Under the pieces are notes generated by a model. It ran no database searches, was not told the DNA's origin, and saw only the letters and a program-made list of their open reading frames with translations. 64,000 bases of DNA, from NCBI GenBank assembly GCA_051879535.1, contig JBJEMF010000132.1:5078-69077 (forward strand). Direction: 5' to 3'. A program made the translations under genes and the position numbers. Below, in pieces: positions 59,560 to 64,000 of the stretch (position 1 is its first letter; every line of letters begins with the position of its first letter). This DNA comes from Lachnospira sp. (GTDB lineage: Bacteria; Bacillota; Clostridia; Lachnospirales; Lachnospiraceae).

Positions 59560-59593
59560 CACCATATAATGCTGCAGGGAATGGGGGATTAGC

Positions 59594-60583
59594 GTGAAGG
59601 TTAATATATACTATGGAGGACGTGGTCTTGTTGATGATCCTACATTATGTGTCATTAATAAGATTCAGGAAGTGTTAGAAGAACTTAATATAAGCGTAGA
59701 GCGATACAATTTATATGAAATGAAGAATAAGATAACGACATTGTCGCAGACCGTTGCTGAGGCAGATGGTGTTGTGCTGGCCACTACGGTGGAATGGATC
59801 GGAATGGGCGGTTATATGCAGACATTTCTTGATTCATGCTGGTTGTATGCAGATAAGAGTAAGGTGTCAACAACATATATGTTTCCGGTTGTTATGGCAA
59901 GAACTTATGGGGAAAGAGAGATAGTTGTTGCGTTAAATAATTCATGGGAAATAATAGGTGGCAGAATCGGCAATGCCTTGAGTGCATACGTGGATGACAC
60001 AACAGACTTTGAGTTCAATTCAGAATACAATGAAATTATTGAGAGGTATGCAGAGAATATATACAGGACTGTTTCAAAGAAGATTTCAAGCCTTCCTTCA
60101 AGCAGTAACACCATAAAAACCAATCTTATCAAGGATGTGGTTAATTATACACCTCAGGAAAGTGAACAGCTTTCAAAATATGCATCTGACGATACATTCG
60201 TCAAGACACAGAAAGAGGATATAGAATCTCTTGCAAGTATATACAAAGAACTCCTTAATGATCAGGAACAGGGGGGCGATGACTATTATCTTGACGTGTT
60301 CAGGAATAATATGGCTCCGGCTAACAGGGAGAGTGCATCTTACATGCTTATAATCAGTGATAAAGATAAATCTATTATTATTGATGTTAAGGGTGGAAAT
60401 CTTTCTGTTGAATTTGGAGAAAATAATAATGCCGACGTTATAGGAAAGCTTTCCAAAGAAACCTTTGACCAGATTGTCAATGGTAAAATGACATTTCACA
60501 GAGCCTTTATGACAGGGGATATGACGGCCAAAGGTAATTTCAGAGTGCTTCGTATGTTAGATGAAATATTTAATTTTGGATGA
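59594..60583 (+). CDS. Flavodoxin/FMN-reductase-like domain fused to SCP2 sterol/lipid-binding domain
   Basis: EADGVVLATTVEW.GMGG.MQTFLD (FMN_red-like); C-terminal ADV..LS.ETF..IV.GKM.FHRAFMTGDMTAKGN (SCP2). Confidence 0.78.
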   Translation: MKVNIYYGGRGLVDDPTLCVINKIQEVLEELNISVERYNLYEMKNKITTLSQTVAEADGVVLATTVEWIGMGGYMQTFLDSCWLYADKSKVSTTYMFPVVMARTYGEREIVVALNNSWEIIGGRIGNALSAYVDDTTDFEFNSEYNEIIERYAENIYRTVSKKISSLPSSSNTIKTNLIKDVVNYTPQESEQLSKYASDDTFVKTQKEDIESLASIYKELLNDQEQGGDDYYLDVFRNNMAPANRESASYMLIISDKDKSIIIDVKGGNLSVEFGENNNADVIGKLSKETFDQIVNGKMTFHRAFMTGDMTAKGNFRVLRMLDEIFNFG

Positions 60584-60595
60584 AACTGACGGGAA

Positions 60596-61372
60596 TCAAA
60601 TATGAATTGTCATTTCCAGTTTAGTTTCGTTTGACTTTGTAGATATAGTCCAGTCAATTCCGTAAGTAAGACATATCTGGTTTAGTATGGATAGTCCAAC
60701 ACCTGCATGTTTATCTTTTGTTGTGTAAAATGGTTGGGACAGCACAGAGCAATCCTCAGTTACCATATTTTCGTTTTTGCAGCTGTTAATTATGGATACA
60801 TATATAAGTTTGTCATTGACAGAGTCTTTGTTTGCGCTTATAGTAACCTTTCCGTCATCAGAGGCTTCAAGAGAATTGATAACTACTTCTCTCAATCCTG
60901 ACAGAAGATGTTCGTAACTGCAATTTATTGATGGCAGGTCATCTGCCACATTAAAGATATATTCTGCATTCAAAAAGCTGCCGGAATTTGCCGGAGTTGA
61001 CCGGTCATTATCTTTTATCATAACTTCGTCAACAGCATCAGGGATGTCATATAAAATATCTTCAAGAGAAACAGATTTAAGTTCATAGTTTTTCATGCTG
61101 TATCTGTATTGGGAAAGACGGGACATATATTCTATAAGTTCTTGAATTGTTGTTCCCATGTTATTGAAAAATGTATTTTCTTTCAATTCGGGATTTCTTT
61201 TGCTTATCAGTTGGTGTGCGGTTTTAAGATATGATACATAGTTTGAAATATCATGTGATGCAATTGAAATTTCTTTAAGGGTTTCCTGCTTTTGTTTCAT
61301 AAGAATATCATAAAGTTCTTCATTGCTTTCTTTAGTGGATGATAAAATTTCATATTCTTTTTTGTTCAACAT
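60596..61372 (-). CDS. Orphan cytoplasmic histidine kinase-like protein (DHp + HATPase_c)
   Basis: H-box ASHDISN, N-box REVVINSLEA, F-box PFYTTK, G2 HAGVGL; no TM. ATG at 61372. Confidence 0.75.
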   Translation of the reverse strand: MLNKKEYEILSSTKESNEELYDILMKQKQETLKEISIASHDISNYVSYLKTAHQLISKRNPELKENTFFNNMGTTIQELIEYMSRLSQYRYSMKNYELKSVSLEDILYDIPDAVDEVMIKDNDRSTPANSGSFLNAEYIFNVADDLPSINCSYEHLLSGLREVVINSLEASDDGKVTISANKDSVNDKLIYVSIINSCKNENMVTEDCSVLSQPFYTTKDKHAGVGLSILNQICLTYGIDWTISTKSNETKLEMTIHI

Positions 61373-61507
61373 AATCAATGTTCCTTTTTTACCAATTAAC
61401 AAGTTTTTTGTATCAAACAAGGTTGTAATCCACAACTCTTTAAGTTATGATATTAAAGTATATACTGAATTACATTACAAGTAAATAATGTAGTAAGGAG
61501 GCAGTTA

Positions 61508-61924
61508 ATGAAAAAAGACGATTGTATTTTTTGTAAGCTGGCTAATGGAGATATTGAGACCAATTCCATTTATGAGGACGATGTTGTAAAGGTTATCTTT
61601 GATGCTAGTCCGGCAGCAGACGGTCATGTACTTATATTACCTAAGAATCATTTTGATAATATTTACGAGTTGGATGATGAAACTTCAGGGCATGTATTTC
61701 AGGTGGCAACAAAGCTGGCGAAAGCATACAGAAAAGCGCTTGATTTTGATGGACTTAACATAGTTCAGAATAATGGAGAGGCTGCAGGACAGACAGTTTT
61801 TCATTTTCATATGCATCTTATTCCAAGATATAAAGCTGATAAAGTCAAGGTATGCTGGGAACAGGGGAAGGCTGATGATGACGTGATTAATACCATAAAA
61901 GAAAAGGTGATACCATTTCTTTAG
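61508..61924 (+). CDS. HIT-family hydrolase
   Basis: DCIFCK, GHVLILPK, AGQTVFHFHMHLIPR. Confidence 0.93.
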   Translation: MKKDDCIFCKLANGDIETNSIYEDDVVKVIFDASPAADGHVLILPKNHFDNIYELDDETSGHVFQVATKLAKAYRKALDFDGLNIVQNNGEAAGQTVFHFHMHLIPRYKADKVKVCWEQGKADDDVINTIKEKVIPFL

Positions 61925-62036
61925 TCTGAACTGATATGTGTATAACACGGTTTTAAATAGATTTTATCGGGACTTATGTAATTGATATTTATCTGTATCA
62001 TAACATTATAGAATATAAACATTAGGAGGATTTAAC

Positions 62037-64000
62037 ATGATTAAGATAAGTAATGGCGGAGCATATCTTATTAACGGCGTTGAAATTATTGAGGATGGCG
62101 TTGATGCGGCAGCAGAAGTTGCAGCAAAGACCGGCACTAAGGTTTGTAAGGAAGAAGCATCAAAAAATACCATTGCATACGGAATTTTAAAGGATCATAA
62201 CACATCCGGTTCAATGGATAAGCTTAAGATTAAGTTTGATAAAATGACATCCCACGATATTACATTCGTTGGCATTATTCAGACAGCCAGAGCATCAGGA
62301 CTTGAGAAGTTCCCAATTCCTTATGTACTTACTAACTGTCATAACAGTTTATGTGCTGTTGGGGGAACAATTAACGAAGATGACCATATGTTTGGACTCA
62401 CATGCGCCAAGAAGTATGGTGGAATGTATGTACCTCCTCATCAGGCAGTAATACACCAGTTTGCCAGAGAAATGCTGGCTGAGGGTGGTAAGATGATTCT
62501 CGGTTCAGACAGTCATACCCGTTATGGTGCGTTGGGAACAATGGCTATGGGAGAAGGTGGTCCTGAGCTTGTTAAGCAGCTTCTTAACAAGACTTATGAT
62601 ATTAATATGCCTGGTGTTGTGGCTATTTACATGACAGGGGAGCCTGTGAAGGGGGTTGGACCTCAGGATGTGGCTCTTGCCATAATCGGAGCGGTATTTG
62701 GTAATGGTTACGTTAAGAACAAGGTTATGGAATTTGTGGGACCGGGAGTTTCAAACTTAAGCGCAGATTTCAGAATTGGTGTTGACGTTATGACAACAGA
62801 GACAACTTGTCTTTCATCTATCTGGAGAACTGATGATAAGATTAAGGAGTTCTACGATATTCACGGAAGAAGCGAAAGTTATAAGGAACTTAATCCGGGT
62901 AGTGTGGCATATTACGATGGGGTTGTATATGTGGACTTAAGTAAGATTAAGCCGATGATAGCAATGCCATTCCATCCAAGTAATACATATACTATTGAAG
63001 AACTCAACAGCAATCTGGAGGATATTCTTCATGATGTTGAGAAGAAGGCTCTCGTTAGTCTTGACGGACAGGTTGAATTTAACCTCACTAATAAAATTAA
63101 AAATGGCAAGCTTTATGTAGATCAGGGAATTATTGCAGGCTGTGCAGGCGGTGGATTTGAAAATATATGTGCGGCAGCAGATATACTTAAGGGCAGATCA
63201 ATCGGTGCGGATGAATTTACTCTCAGTATATACCCTGCAAGTACACCTATTTATGTTGAGCTGGCAAGGAACGGAAGACTTGCAGATCTTATGGCAACAG
63301 GTGCTATTGTTAAGACTGCATTCTGCGGACCTTGTTTTGGTGCAGGTGATACTCCTGCTAATAATGCATTTTCAATCAGACATTCAACAAGAAACTTCCC
63401 TAATAGAGAAGGTTCTAAGCTTCAGAACGGACAGATTTCATCAGTTGCACTTATGGATGCCCGTTCAATTGCAGCAACAGCAGCTAATAAAGGCTTCTTA
63501 ACAGCAGCAACAGATTGCGATGTGGAATTTACAGGTCCTGCATATCATTTTGATAGTTCAATATATGCTAACAGAGTATTTGACAGTAAGGGAGTAGCAA
63601 ATCCGGAACAGCAGATTCAGTTTGGTCCTAATATTAAGGATTGGCCTGCTATGGTAGAGTTACCTGAAAATCTTATCATTAAGGTGGTTTCAGAAATTCA
63701 TGATCCTGTAACAACAACTGATGAATTAATTCCTTCCGGCGAGACTTCTTCTTTCCGTTCAAATCCTTTAGGACTTGCAGAGTTTGCTCTCTCAAGAAAG
63801 GATCCTGCTTATGTAGGAAGAGCAAAAGAAGTTCAGAAGGCAGAAAAAGCAAGAGAAGAAGGTAAGTGCATGGCAGAAGTGCTTCCTGAAATTGGCGATA
63901 TTATGAGCAAGATTAAGGAAACCTATAATGTGGATAAGACAAATGTAGGAGTAGGAAGTACAATCTTTGCTGTTAAGCCGGGTGATGGTTCAGCCAGAGA
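62037..64000 (+). CDS. Aconitase-family hydratase (YbhJ-like), 3' truncated by window edge; absent from the ORF track
   Basis: ATG at 62037 follows AGGAGG. Own translation: [11 protein letters not shown]...[18 protein letters not shown]...[20 protein letters not shown]...[12 protein letters not shown]...IAGCAGG...FCGPCFG...RNFPNREG...[10 protein letters not shown]. Confidence 0.9.
   Translation, partial: MIKISNGGAYLINGVEIIEDGVDAAAEVAAKTGTKVCKEEASKNTIAYGILKDHNTSGSMDKLKIKFDKMTSHDITFVGIIQTARASGLEKFPIPYVLTNCHNSLCAVGGTINEDDHMFGLTCAKKYGGMYVPPHQAVIHQFAREMLAEGGKMILGSDSHTRYGALGTMAMGEGGPELVKQLLNKTYDINMPGVVAIYMTGEPVKGVGPQDVALAIIGAVFGNGYVKNKVMEFVGPGVSNLSADFRIGVDVMTTETTCLSSIWRTDDKIKEFYDIHGRSESYKELNPGSVAYYDGVVYVDLSKIKPMIAMPFHPSNTYTIEELNSNLEDILHDVEKKALVSLDGQVEFNLTNKIKNGKLYVDQGIIAGCAGGGFENICAAADILKGRSIGADEFTLSIYPASTPIYVELARNGRLADLMATGAIVKTAFCGPCFGAGDTPANNAFSIRHSTRNFPNREGSKLQNGQISSVALMDARSIAATAANKGFLTAATDCDVEFTGPAYHFDSSIYANRVFDSKGVANPEQQIQFGPNIKDWPAMVELPENLIIKVVSEIHDPVTTTDELIPSGETSSFRSNPLGLAEFALSRKDPAYVGRAKEVQKAEKAREEGKCMAEVLPEIGDIMSKIKETYNVDKTNVGVGSTIFAVKPGDGSAR

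Noticed and set aside
62269-63501. Two short plus-strand ORFs in the track
   Set aside because: They are out-of-frame shadows inside the aconitase-family CDS starting at 62037.

Overview
Low-GC Firmicute chromosome segment. Gene content and order suggest Lachnospiraceae, probably a pectin-degrading Lachnospira/Eubacterium eligens-like organism (inference). Most genes are on the + strand. In order: an Fe-alcohol dehydrogenase (5' truncated); a minus-strand murC-[DnaA-box cluster]-dnaD-dnaC/I-prs block; glgCD-spoVG; two very large sortase-anchored pectin enzymes (PL9 pectate lyase and CE8 pectin methylesterase) that share a duplicated, colinear ~220-bp promoter/leader; pth-mfd; a DRE-TIM enzyme; ilvE; a NAGPA/CapA envelope cluster; an orphan GltD-like oxidoreductase; DUF2752-ECF sigma-anti-sigma-MoxR-DUF58-transglutaminase, coupled to uvrC-hprK-glcK-murB-rapZ-whiA; two CobW-type proteins; nudC; a GH25 muramidase; yaaL; a 12-gene Tad/Flp pilus locus with unusual accessories (a pseudopilin with two His/Cys metal-binding modules, two prepilin peptidases, a degenerate TadZ, a pseudokinase-like-TM-FHA protein); a flavodoxin-SCP2 fusion; an orphan histidine kinase; HIT; and an aconitase-family hydratase running off the end. 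No rRNA, tRNA, CRISPR array, transposase or prophage was seen. Intergenic spaces are rich in long foldback/REP-like palindromes and a family of related terminators. Family names are recalled from motifs, not from database searches.
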